Made by a program: the position numbers and the translations under genes
NCBI GenBank assembly: GCA_963667465.2
Contig: CAXXDN010000001.1
Coordinates: 288,001-352,000 of the forward strand
Direction of reading: 5' to 3'
Origin: Dehalococcoidia bacterium
GTDB taxonomy: Bacteria; Chloroflexota; Dehalococcoidia; UBA2979
DNA: 64,000 nucleotides
Shown here: positions 28,822-37,950 of the stretch, one piece after another
Numbering within the stretch: position 1 is the first letter of the stretch
Layout of the letters: each line of letters opens with the position of its first letter
Notes under the pieces: generated by a model
Seen by the model: the letters and a program-made list of their open reading frames with translations, nothing else
Told to the model about the DNA's origin: nothing
Databases searched by the model: none

Positions 28822-30024
28822 ATGGGCGCCGGACCGGCGGCGGGTATGCCGCTCTCCGATCTGCTGGTGATCGACCTCACGCGAGCGCGCTCGGGCCCGA
28901 CCTGCGTGCGCCAGCTCGCGGACTGGGGCGCCGACGTGATTAAGATCGAGCCGCCGCCCGCCTCGGGCGTGCAGGCGACGATCACCGGCGGGCGGCACGG
29001 CTTCGACTTCCAGAACCTGCACCGCAACAAGCGCAGCCTCACGCTGGACCTCAAGGCGCCCGAGGGCCGCCAGGTGCTGCTCGACCTCGCGAAGACCGCC
29101 GACGTGGTCGTCGAGAACTTCCGCCCGCTCGTCAAGCAGCGGCTCGGCATCGACTACGCGACGCTGCGCGCGGTCAATCCTCGCATCATCTACGGCAGCA
29201 TCTCCGGGTTCGGGCAGAGCGGGCCCTACCGCGACCGGCCGGGCTTCGACCAGATCGCGCAGGGCCTCGGCGGGATCATGTCGGTGACCGGGCTGCCGGG
29301 GCAGGGGCCGGTGCGCGCCGGGGTGCCGATCGCGGACCTCAGCGCGGGGCACTTCCTCGCGCAGGGCATCCTGCTGGCGCTGCTGGAGCGCGCGCGCTCC
29401 GGCGAGGGCCAGTGGGTCCACACCTCGCTGCTCGAGGCGCAGATCGCGATGATGGACTTCCAGGCCGCGCGCTGGCTGATCGAGCAGGATCTGCCGGGCC
29501 AGGCGGGGAACGACCACCCGACCTCGATCCCCACGGGCGTCTTCCCGACCGCCGACGGCCACATCAACATCGCCGCGTCCGGCCAGCCGATCTACGAACG
29601 CTTCTGCAAGGCGATCGGCGCGCCCGAGCTGATCGAGCACCCCGACTACGCCGACGGAGAAGCGCGCTCGGAGAACCGCGCGGCGCTCAACGCCAGACTC
29701 TCCGCGATCACGAGCAGGCGCAGCAGCGCCGAGTGGATCGAGGACCTCAACGCGGCGGGCGTGCCCTGCGGGCCGATCTACCGCGTCGACGAGATGGCCG
29801 AGGACGAGCAGGTGCGCCACCTCGGCATCGCCCGGCCGGCGGGGCACCCGGAACTGGGCGAGATCGAGCTCGTCGGACAGCCGATGCAGCTTGAGCGCAC
29901 GTCGCAGCCGCCGCAGATGCGCAGCGCCGCGCCGGCGCTCGGCGAGCACAGCGACGAGGTGCTGGGCAACCTCGGCTACAACGACGAGGCGATCGCCGCG
30001 CTGCGCGAGCGCGGCGTCGTCTGA
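28822..30024 (+). CDS. Class III CoA transferase (CaiB/BaiF)
   Basis: LADWGADVIKIE, RNKRSLTLDLK, ENFRP, SGFGQSGP, APALGEH. Confidence 0.92.
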   Translation: MGAGPAAGMPLSDLLVIDLTRARSGPTCVRQLADWGADVIKIEPPPASGVQATITGGRHGFDFQNLHRNKRSLTLDLKAPEGRQVLLDLAKTADVVVENFRPLVKQRLGIDYATLRAVNPRIIYGSISGFGQSGPYRDRPGFDQIAQGLGGIMSVTGLPGQGPVRAGVPIADLSAGHFLAQGILLALLERARSGEGQWVHTSLLEAQIAMMDFQAARWLIEQDLPGQAGNDHPTSIPTGVFPTADGHINIAASGQPIYERFCKAIGAPELIEHPDYADGEARSENRAALNARLSAITSRRSSAEWIEDLNAAGVPCGPIYRVDEMAEDEQVRHLGIARPAGHPELGEIELVGQPMQLERTSQPPQMRSAAPALGEHSDEVLGNLGYNDEAIAALRERGVV

Positions 30025-30079
30025 GCACGCAGCCCAGAGAGCGACCAACCGACCCCGGATGGTGAGCCCCGGAGGAGCG

Positions 30080-30874
30080 ATGGAGACGACGACCGAGCAG
30101 CTGATCGCAGAGGTCGAGGACGGCATCGGCTGGCTGACCTTCAACCACGCGGAGCGGCGCAACGCGCTGACGGTGGCGATGACGGCGGCGCTGCCCGGCA
30201 TCCTCGAGCAGTTCGCCGATGACGACTCGGCGCGGGTGCTGGTGCTGAAGGGCGCGGGCGATCGCGCCTTCGTCTCCGGCGCCGACATCTCAGAGTTCGA
30301 GCAGCGGCGCGCCTCGCCGGAAGCGATCGCGAAGTTCGACGCGGCCGGAGCGCGTATGGCGAAGGCGTTCCAGGACTTCCCGAAGCCGATCGTGGCGATG
30401 ATCCGCGGCTTCGCGATGGGCGGCGGGCTGATGATGGCGATGCGCGCCGACATCCGCATCGCCGCCGAGGACTCGCAGTTCGGCATCCCCGCCGCGCGCC
30501 TCGGGCTCGGCTACGCCTACCAGGGCGTCGAAAACCTCGTGAACCTCGTCGGGCCCGCCCACGCGAACGAGATCCTGCTGACCGGCGGCCGCTTCGACGC
30601 GCCGACGGCGCTGCGCTGGGGCCTCGTCAACCGCGTCGTCCCCGTCGAGCAACTCGAGGCGGAGACGCGGGAAGTGGCCGGCGCGATCGCGGAGAACGCC
30701 CCGCTCACCGTCGCCGCGCTGCGCGCCTCGATCCGCGAGACGCTGCGGGATCCGGCGCGGCGCGACCTCGAGACGATCGCGGAGCTGGTCGCCGCCTGCT
30801 TCGCGAGCGAGGACTACATCGAGGGCCGCCGCGCCTTCATGGAGAAGCGCCGGCCCGAGTTCAAGGGCCGCTGA
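30080..30874 (+). CDS. Enoyl-CoA hydratase
   Basis: RRNAL, FVSGADISEF, GFAMGGG, EGRRAFMEKR. Confidence 0.9.
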   Translation: METTTEQLIAEVEDGIGWLTFNHAERRNALTVAMTAALPGILEQFADDDSARVLVLKGAGDRAFVSGADISEFEQRRASPEAIAKFDAAGARMAKAFQDFPKPIVAMIRGFAMGGGLMMAMRADIRIAAEDSQFGIPAARLGLGYAYQGVENLVNLVGPAHANEILLTGGRFDAPTALRWGLVNRVVPVEQLEAETREVAGAIAENAPLTVAALRASIRETLRDPARRDLETIAELVAACFASEDYIEGRRAFMEKRRPEFKGR

Positions 30875-30881
30875 GCCCCGC

Positions 30882-31250
30882 ATGCACCTCGTGCTGATCG
30901 CTGCCGGTGGCGCGGCCGGCGCGCTGCTGCGCTACGGTGTCAGCGAGTGGGTCACGGCGCCGCGCGGCGGCTTCCCGCTGGCGACGCTGCTGGCGAACAT
31001 CAGCGGCGCCTTCCTGCTCGGCGTCGCCTCAATCCTCCTCGTGCGCCTCGAGGTCTCCGCCGCCGTGCGCCTCGGCCTGACGGTCGGCGTGCTCGGCGCC
31101 TACACCACCTTCTCGACCTTCAGCGTGGAGACGCTCGACCTCGTCAGCGACGGCGAGTGGCGGACGGCCGCGCTCTACGTCGTCGCCAGCGTCGCGGGCG
31201 CCCTCGCGGCGGCGTGGGCGGGCCAGAGCCTCGTGCGGGCGACGGGGTAG
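30882..31250 (+). CDS. crcB: Fluoride efflux channel CrcB/FluC
   Basis: GGAAGALLRY, FPLATLLANISG, GVLGAYTTFSTFSVE. Confidence 0.92.
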   Translation: MHLVLIAAGGAAGALLRYGVSEWVTAPRGGFPLATLLANISGAFLLGVASILLVRLEVSAAVRLGLTVGVLGAYTTFSTFSVETLDLVSDGEWRTAALYVVASVAGALAAAWAGQSLVRATG

Positions 31251-31308
31251 GGGGGGACCTCTTCTTAACTCGCACAACGCCCTACTACACAATAAGATTG
31301 TTGGGTCG

Positions 31309-31680
31309 GTGATCCCCGACTTCAACGATCGCGGGCTCCTCCCACCCGGAGTTCACCTCGCGAGTTGGGACGAGATGGTGGCGAGACTCGGGACCAATCC
31401 GTGGAGGCAACACGGGAGCTTTGTGACGAACAAGAACATCCCGAACGACTACGACGCCTGTTGGGAAGAGGTGGATGTCGATCCTGACGTCCTCGATCCC
31501 GTTCTGCTGACGTTTGACCCGGGGCGCGCGACGCAGAAGGCCAAGTACCTGGGTGAGTTGTTCCCCGCATCGGTAGTCGCCGGTCCGAATGGACTGTCGT
31601 TCCTTGACTTCTTCCAGACCGACGGGGACGCCGGGGAACGCAAGGGCATCATCGCGATCAACCTGGAGGGCCTCACGTGA
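31309..31680 (+). CDS. DUF6932-like nucleotidyltransferase-fold protein, apparently internally deleted
   Basis: MIPDF..GLLPPG.H, GSFVT.K..PNDYD, KGII. Confidence 0.65.
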   Translation: MIPDFNDRGLLPPGVHLASWDEMVARLGTNPWRQHGSFVTNKNIPNDYDACWEEVDVDPDVLDPVLLTFDPGRATQKAKYLGELFPASVVAGPNGLSFLDFFQTDGDAGERKGIIAINLEGLT

Positions 31681-32087
31681 TCAAGAATGAGCGCCAGTAC
31701 CGGATCACGAGATCGCAGGCCGACCGCTTCGCGACAACTATCGAGAACCTGGAGCAGCACCCTGGCGCGGTCGAAGGCGTCCACCCCCGCATCGCCCAGG
31801 CACAGCGGGATGCGCTGAAGAGCCAGCTCGAAGACCTTCAGCAGGAGTTGCGCGAGTACGAGTCACTGAGGGCAGGCGAGTTCGACCTTGATGAGTTGAG
31901 CGTGGTCGGCGAACTCGCGACGTTTCTGATCAAGGCACGCATCGCCCGAGGGCTGAGCCAGAAGGACTTGGCAGAGCGAATGGGACTCAAGCACCAACAG
32001 ATCCAGCGCTACGAAGCCACGGACTACGCATCCGCCAGCCTCGCTCGCATCAAGGAGGTTGCTAGCGCCCTCGGCGCGAAGAGCTAA
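31677..32087 (+). CDS. XRE-family HTH regulator/antitoxin
   Basis: MIKNERQY, LIKARIARGLSQKDLA..QQIQRYE. Confidence 0.85.
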   Translation: MIKNERQYRITRSQADRFATTIENLEQHPGAVEGVHPRIAQAQRDALKSQLEDLQQELREYESLRAGEFDLDELSVVGELATFLIKARIARGLSQKDLAERMGLKHQQIQRYEATDYASASLARIKEVASALGAKS

Positions 32088-32977
32088 CCCCGCGCCGCCG
32101 CCAGCGCGTAGAGCAGCCCCTCCACCTCCCGAGGCGGGAGCGCCGGGCCGGGGGCGAGCAGGCAGTGGGTGACGCCCGCGTCGCCGAGGGCGGAGGCGGC
32201 GTCGAGGATGGCGGCCGGCTCCTGCTGCGCGGCGACGGGGAGCGGGGCGCAGACGTCGATCGCGGCGAAGTCGCGGGCGGCGGCCTCGCAGACCTCCCGG
32301 GCCGCGGCGACCGCCTCGGCAGGGTCTGAGGCGGCGTCGAGGATCAGGCCGTCGCCGACGGCGGCGAGGCGGGCGAGGGCTCGCGGGCCCTCGTCGCGGA
32401 CGTAGATCGGCGGGTGCGGCTTGCGGCTCGGCTTGGGGTAGGCCCCGATGTAGCCGAAGCGGATGTAAGCGCCCTCGAAGGTGCTCGGGTCGTCGCTCTC
32501 GCGCCACATTTCGCGGCAGATCGCGATCCACTCGTCGGTCACCGCGGCGCGCGGCTCGTAGTACTCCTCGACGCCGAGCGCGGCGAACTCGCCGCGCGGG
32601 GCGTCTTCGGAGACGCCGAAGAGCAGTCGGCCCTCCGCGATGCAGTCGAGCGTGCTCACCGCCTTCGCGAGGAAGAGCGGGTTACGCAGCGCCAGCACGC
32701 AGTCGAGCGTCCCGATCTCGATGCGCTCGGTGTTGGCGGCGATGCCCGTGAGCAGCGAGATCGGCTCCAGTACCTCCTCGCGCCAGGCGTTCGCCCCGCC
32801 CGCGCCGCGCAGCGGGGTGGCGAGCCGGTCGGAGGCCCAGACCGAGTCGAGGCCGAAGCGCTCGGCCGCCTCGCCGAGGCTCACGAGCGCCGAGGCGTCG
32901 AGGGCGCGCGCGGGTCCGGCGGCGTTGGGCAGCAGCAGTCCGAAGCGCATCGGCGTCACCTCGCTCTGCTCACTCAA
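32084..32977 (-). CDS. LLM class oxidoreductase, divergent paralog
   Basis: FGLLLPN, WASDRL, LRNP, AYPKPSRKPHPPI. Confidence 0.8.
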   Translation of the reverse strand: MSEQSEVTPMRFGLLLPNAAGPARALDASALVSLGEAAERFGLDSVWASDRLATPLRGAGGANAWREEVLEPISLLTGIAANTERIEIGTLDCVLALRNPLFLAKAVSTLDCIAEGRLLFGVSEDAPRGEFAALGVEEYYEPRAAVTDEWIAICREMWRESDDPSTFEGAYIRFGYIGAYPKPSRKPHPPIYVRDEGPRALARLAAVGDGLILDAASDPAEAVAAAREVCEAAARDFAAIDVCAPLPVAAQQEPAAILDAASALGDAGVTHCLLAPGPALPPREVEGLLYALAAARG

Positions 32978-33950
32978 AGGCCGGCAGGATCTCGTCGGCC
33001 ATGAGCTGGATGCCGCGCATGATGCGCTCGAAGGCGGGCTCGCGGCCCTCGACGCGCGGCAGCGTCATGAAGTGGCGCACGCCCGCCTTCGCGAACCGGC
33101 GCAGGTCGGAGACGATCTCGTCGGGCGTGCCGCTGCAGAGGTGCCGCTCGCCGTCGCGGCGGCCGTTCAACTGGAAGCGCATGCCGTGCGCGCCGCTGGC
33201 GCTGAGCAGCCAGTTCTTCGAGATCTCGATCTCGTCGGGGTCACGGCCCTCGGCGAGGCAGATGCGGCGGAACTCGGCGATGCGCTCGGTCAGCTCCTCG
33301 ATGGTGTCGCCGGTGCAGTCGAAGCCCTGGCCGAGACGGACGGCGCGGCGCATGGCGGCGCGGCTGTGGCCACCAATCACGATCGGCGGGTGCGGCTTCT
33401 GCAGCGGCTTGGGGTAGGCGCCGACGTTCTCGAAGTTGACGAACTCGCCGTGGAAGCTCGACGGGCCGCTGCTCGTCCACAGCTCCTTGACGGCGCGCAG
33501 GTACTCGTTGGTGACGGCGCCGCGGCGGGGGAAGTACTCCGGCGGCAGGTTGAGCGCCGTGAACTCTTCCTCCATCCAGCCCAGCCCCGCCCCGAGGGCG
33601 AGCCGGCCGTTCGAGAGGTGGTCGACCGCGGCCAGCATCTTCGCGAGCACCACGGGGTGGCGCAGCGGGATGATCAGCACGCCCTGGTTGAGGACCACGT
33701 GCTTCGTGCGCACCGCAAGCGCGCTCAGCAGCGTGACCGGCTCGTAGACCGGGTACTGCCAGCGTGTCGCGCCGCGGCGGTCGCGGTGCGCATCGTCGTA
33801 GCCGATCTGCGCCGGCAGCACGAGGTGGTCGCCCATCCACAGCGAGTGGAAGCCGAGCGCGTCGGCGACCTCGCCGATCTCGATGCAGCCCTGGACGCCG
33901 ACGCTCTGGCCGAGATTGCCGACGTTGGAGACGGAGATGCCGAACTTCAC
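32970..33950 (-). CDS. LLM class (F420-dependent-like) oxidoreductase
   Basis: WMGDHL, PLRHPVVLAK, DHLSNGRL..GLGW, YPKPLQKPHPPI. Confidence 0.9.
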   Translation of the reverse strand: MKFGISVSNVGNLGQSVGVQGCIEIGEVADALGFHSLWMGDHLVLPAQIGYDDAHRDRRGATRWQYPVYEPVTLLSALAVRTKHVVLNQGVLIIPLRHPVVLAKMLAAVDHLSNGRLALGAGLGWMEEEFTALNLPPEYFPRRGAVTNEYLRAVKELWTSSGPSSFHGEFVNFENVGAYPKPLQKPHPPIVIGGHSRAAMRRAVRLGQGFDCTGDTIEELTERIAEFRRICLAEGRDPDEIEISKNWLLSASGAHGMRFQLNGRRDGERHLCSGTPDEIVSDLRRFAKAGVRHFMTLPRVEGREPAFERIMRGIQLMADEILPAFE

Positions 33951-33986
33951 CGGCTCGTCCTCGAACGTTGTGTCGCTGCCCGCACC

Positions 33987-34832
33987 TTACACGCCGATCT
34001 CGCCGCGCTGGAACGCCTCGATGGTGGCGCGCAGGCCGTCGCGGGTGATGCGGCGGTTCATCTCGTTCACGGCGTCCGAGTGGTGCGCCGTGACGTTCAC
34101 GTCGACGGACTGGAGCATCGCCTCGCGAAAGCCGCGCAGGTCCTGCGTGCGGTTAATCGCCCGCTTCTGCAGCGTCAGGATGTCGCGAGGCGTCCTCGCG
34201 AGCCTCCGCACGTACTCCTCGACGGCTTCGTCGAGCTGGTCGGCGGGGAAGGCGCGGTTGAAGAGGCCGATCCGCACCGCCTCCGTGCCGCTGATGATCG
34301 AGCCGGTATTGAAGAACAGCTCCTTCGTCTTCTTCGGACCGATCAGCCACGCCCAGTAGACGGAGTTGAAGCCCGCGCCGAGCGGCAGCTGCGGCGCACC
34401 CACCCGCGCGTCCTCGGCGGCGAAGGTGATGTCACAGACGGCGGCGAGCTGGACGGCGCGCCCGAGGCAGTAGCCGTGCACCTTCGCGATCACCGGCAGC
34501 GGCGAGTCCCAGATGCGGAAGTAGCGCTGCAGGTTCAGCTCGCGCCCGGCGCGGTCGTCGACGGTCGAGGTGGGGACCGGGTGCCCGGAGGCCTCGTCAC
34601 GCTTCGTGTCCGCGCCGGTGGAGAAGGCGCGCCCGGCCCCGGCGATGACGGCGGCGTGGACGCCCTCGTCGGCCTCGGCGCGATTGAGCAGCGCCAGCAG
34701 CTCGTCGTCGAGCGCCGGACTGATCGCGTTGAGGCGGTCCTGGCGGTCGATCGTCAGGGTGGCGACGCGGCCTGCGACCTCGTAGCGAACGAAGCCCTCG
34801 GGCAGCGTGTCAGCGGCAGTCTCAGCGCTCAA
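33987..34832 (-). CDS. Enoyl-CoA hydratase/isomerase family
   Basis: RLNAIS, FSTGAD, AKVHGYCLG. Confidence 0.85.
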   Translation of the reverse strand: MSAETAADTLPEGFVRYEVAGRVATLTIDRQDRLNAISPALDDELLALLNRAEADEGVHAAVIAGAGRAFSTGADTKRDEASGHPVPTSTVDDRAGRELNLQRYFRIWDSPLPVIAKVHGYCLGRAVQLAAVCDITFAAEDARVGAPQLPLGAGFNSVYWAWLIGPKKTKELFFNTGSIISGTEAVRIGLFNRAFPADQLDEAVEEYVRRLARTPRDILTLQKRAINRTQDLRGFREAMLQSVDVNVTAHHSDAVNEMNRRITRDGLRATIEAFQRGEIGV

Positions 34833-34879
34833 GCGCAGGCCCCTCTCCAGGATGCGTCCGGGTCTGCGATGATAGCGAG

Positions 34880-35446
34880 GTGAGCGAGAACCTGGTCGGC
34901 AAACTACTGGTCGCGACGCCGCTGCTGCAGGATCCGAACTTCGTGCGCACGGTGGTGCTGATCTGCCAGGAGAACGACGACGGCTACCTCGGCCTGATCC
35001 TCAACCGGCCGCTGGAGGCGACCGTTGCCGAGCACCTGCCGGAGTGGGAGCACCTCGTGTCCGCGCCGGCGCGCATCTTCGAGGGCGGTCCCGTGCAGCG
35101 CGAGGTCGCGCTCGCCCTCGGCCGCCGCAGCGACGGCGGCGGGGACAGCGGCCCCGCGGAGGGCTGGACGCCGGTCGGCGAGCAGCTGGGGCTGCTGGAC
35201 CTGCGCGGCACGCCCTCGGAGCTGTGGGGCGTGGTCGAGGAGCTGCGCATCTTCAGCGGCTACTCCGGCTGGGGCGCCGGGCAGTTGCAGGGCGAGCTGA
35301 GCGAGCAGGCCTGGTTCGTCGTGGACGCCGAGCCGGGCGACCCGTTCGCCGGGGACAGCGAGGGGCTGTGGCGGCAGGTGCTGCGCCGCCAGCCGGGCAA
35401 CCTCGCGATGTTCGCCAACTTCCCGCCCGACCCCGCTCTGAACTGA
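34880..35446 (+). CDS. YqgE/AlgH family protein
   Basis: LLVATP, DPNFVRTV, GLILNRP, GGPV, GYSGWGAGQL. Confidence 0.92.
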   Translation: MSENLVGKLLVATPLLQDPNFVRTVVLICQENDDGYLGLILNRPLEATVAEHLPEWEHLVSAPARIFEGGPVQREVALALGRRSDGGGDSGPAEGWTPVGEQLGLLDLRGTPSELWGVVEELRIFSGYSGWGAGQLQGELSEQAWFVVDAEPGDPFAGDSEGLWRQVLRRQPGNLAMFANFPPDPALN

Positions 35447-35519
35447 CCGGCACTGAACTGGCCGCTCTGAACTGACCGGCACTGAACTGGCCGCTCTGAA
35501 CTGACCACGCTGAACTGAC
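35433..35519. repeat. Tandem repeat, 29-bp unit x3 (six CTGAACTG cores)
   Basis: CCGCTCTGAACTGACCGGCACTGAACTGG twice exactly plus a degenerate third copy. Confidence 0.95.
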
Positions 35520-35524
35520 TGCCG

Positions 35525-36733
35525 CTACGAGGCGAGCAGCAACGGGATGCGCAGCTCCTCCGGTCGCAGCCCGGAGTGGTGCGAGGCGTGGCGCAGCAGC
35601 TCGCGCGCCCCGTTCGCGGGGTGGTAGCCCAGCACCTGTGCGCCTCGGGAGATCGCGACGAAGTCGCCGAGGCGCTCGGCCGTGAGCGGGCTCAGCGGCT
35701 CCGGCCCGAACAACCGCAGCTCGTCCACCTCCTGCGTGGTCAGCAGCAGGAACGCCTCGCCGAAGCGCTCGCGGAAGCGAGCAGCGAAGGCCTCGTGGGC
35801 GCCGGGACGCACGTGGAAGTGCAGCACGCGCGAGTCGCCGGCGGGCTCGGCGGCGAGCAACTCGGGTATCCCGTCGTCCTCGCGAATCAGCAGCACCTCG
35901 TTCCCGGTGACGCCGAGGTGCCCGTGATCGGCGCTCAGCGCGACCACGGCCTGGCCACGCAGCTCCCGCGCGAGCAGGCCGAACAGCTGGTTGATGGCGT
36001 GCAGCGCCCGGGTCGCCTCGGCGCTCCACGGGCCGTGCTCGTGGGCGGCGTGGTCGAGGTGCGGGATGTAGAGGTAGACGAAGCTCGGCCCGTCGGCCCC
36101 GAGCACGGCCCCGATGGTCTGCTCCACGCCCTCGGCGAGCGTCTCGTACCCGATCGCCGGCTCGCCGCCGGTGCCGTAGCGCGAGTAGACACTGCCGGCG
36201 ATCGCCTGCGGCACGAGGACCAGCGTCCTGCGCGTCATCCTCGGCGTGAGCGCGGGCAGCGGGAACAGGTCCTCCGGCCGCACGCCGAGCTCGCCGAGCG
36301 AGCGGTCGTCGCGGCGGCGCACGTAGGGGAGGACGGTGGCCGGTCCGCCGATCGCCTCCACGTGCGTCCACCAACCGGTGACCGCATGCTGCGCCGGCCA
36401 CTCGCCGGTCAGCAGCGTGGTCAGGGCGACCACGGTCGAGGCGGGGAAGATCGCCCGCAACTCCATTGCGAGGTGCGCGCGGAGCACGTTCGCTCCGTCG
36501 CCGCCCTGCTCGATCATGTCGAGACCGAGGCCGTCGGCGAGCACGAACACGATGTGCTCGCGTTCCTCGAGGCGATCGGCGATGGCTTGCGCCTGCTCGC
36601 CCGGCGCGAGACCGCGGACGCCGCAGGCCGAGCCGATGGCGCGCGCAAGGTCGAGGAAGTTCGGAACATCCGCGTCGGGGCGAAGCAGCTCGCCTGCCTC
36701 GAACGCCGCGAGCAGTGCCTCGACATCGCTCAT
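35525..36733 (-). CDS. Alkaline phosphatase superfamily (nucleotide pyrophosphatase-like) protein
   Basis: VLADGLG, FPAST, LDHAAHEHG, SADHGH, HHSGL. Confidence 0.85.
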   Translation of the reverse strand: MSDVEALLAAFEAGELLRPDADVPNFLDLARAIGSACGVRGLAPGEQAQAIADRLEEREHIVFVLADGLGLDMIEQGGDGANVLRAHLAMELRAIFPASTVVALTTLLTGEWPAQHAVTGWWTHVEAIGGPATVLPYVRRRDDRSLGELGVRPEDLFPLPALTPRMTRRTLVLVPQAIAGSVYSRYGTGGEPAIGYETLAEGVEQTIGAVLGADGPSFVYLYIPHLDHAAHEHGPWSAEATRALHAINQLFGLLARELRGQAVVALSADHGHLGVTGNEVLLIREDDGIPELLAAEPAGDSRVLHFHVRPGAHEAFAARFRERFGEAFLLLTTQEVDELRLFGPEPLSPLTAERLGDFVAISRGAQVLGYHPANGARELLRHASHHSGLRPEELRIPLLLAS

Positions 36734-36876
36734 CGGCGTCCCCCTGTCACGCCCATCATGGCCCGCGGCGCGGAGGTTGAACAGCCGCGACCGCGCGAGG
36801 CGGCGGCGCGCCGCGCTCAAGGCGCGCTGCGGCTATGCTGGCGGTCGCAATTCCGGGCAGCGACGAGGAGGGCGGC

Positions 36877-37950
36877 ATGCTGAAACTGGCGATCTCGTGC
36901 GGCGGCGCGACCTACGCAATCCAGGACTTCGACGAGACTACGGTCTACGCGCAGGAGGCCGAGAAGATCGGCGTTGACACGATCTGGACCGCCGAGGCCT
37001 GGATCCACGACGCGATCACGCCGCTCGCCTACCTCGCGGGCAAGACGGAGAAGGTGCGGCTGGGCACGGGCATCATGCAGGTCGGCGCGCGCACGCCAGC
37101 GATGGCCGCGATGACGGCGATGACGATGACGCGGCTGACCGGCGGGCGCTTCATCATGGGCTTCGGCACCTCCGGGCCGCAGGTGATCGAGGGCTGGCAC
37201 GGCATCTCCTTCGACCGCCCGGTCGCGCGCACGCGCGAGTACATCGAGGTGGTCCGCCGCGCGGTCAGTGGCGAGCCGCTGACCTACGAGGGCGAGTTCT
37301 ACAAGCTCCCGCTGCCCGGCGGCGACGGCAAGGCGCTGCGCCCGACCGGGGCGGCGACGCCCGACGTGCCGATCTGGATCGCCTCGATCGGCCCTCGCAA
37401 CCTGGAGCTGACCGGCGAGCTGGCGGACGGCTGGCTGGGCACGGTCTTCATCCCGGAGGAGGCAGAGCTGTTCTTCTCCCATATCCGCACGGGCGCCGAG
37501 CGCGCGGGGCGCGACTTCGACGCGATCGAGAAGCAGACGGGCGCGGGCGTGTGGTTCGCCGACGACGACGAAGAGCTGAACCGGGCGCTGGATGCACTGA
37601 GCGTCGGCGTCGCGTTCAGCCTCGGCGGGATGGGCTCGCGCCGCTACAACTTCTACAACCGCGCCTACAGCCGCCAGGGCTACGCCGACGAGGCGAAGCT
37701 GGTGCAGAACCTCTGGCTCGACGGCAAGCGCGACGAGGCGCGCGCAGCCGTGCCGCGGGAGCTGGCCGCCAAGGTCAACCTCGTGGGCGACGACGCGATG
37801 GTGAAGGAGCGGCTGCGCCTCTACCACGACATCGGCATGGACATGATCTTCGTCTCGCCGCACGGCGACACGATCGAGGAACGCCTCGAGACACTGGGGC
37901 GGACGATGGACCTGGTGAACGCCGTCAACGCGGAGGCCGCGGCGGCGTAG
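36877..37950 (+). CDS. LLM class F420-dependent oxidoreductase
   Basis: WTAEAW, ARTPA, GTSGPQVIEGWHG, GPRNLELTGELADGW. Confidence 0.9.
   Translation: MLKLAISCGGATYAIQDFDETTVYAQEAEKIGVDTIWTAEAWIHDAITPLAYLAGKTEKVRLGTGIMQVGARTPAMAAMTAMTMTRLTGGRFIMGFGTSGPQVIEGWHGISFDRPVARTREYIEVVRRAVSGEPLTYEGEFYKLPLPGGDGKALRPTGAATPDVPIWIASIGPRNLELTGELADGWLGTVFIPEEAELFFSHIRTGAERAGRDFDAIEKQTGAGVWFADDDEELNRALDALSVGVAFSLGGMGSRRYNFYNRAYSRQGYADEAKLVQNLWLDGKRDEARAAVPRELAAKVNLVGDDAMVKERLRLYHDIGMDMIFVSPHGDTIEERLETLGRTMDLVNAVNAEAAAA

Noticed and set aside
35433-35519. Possible CRISPR array
   Set aside because: No unique spacers, period too short and no cas genes in the window.
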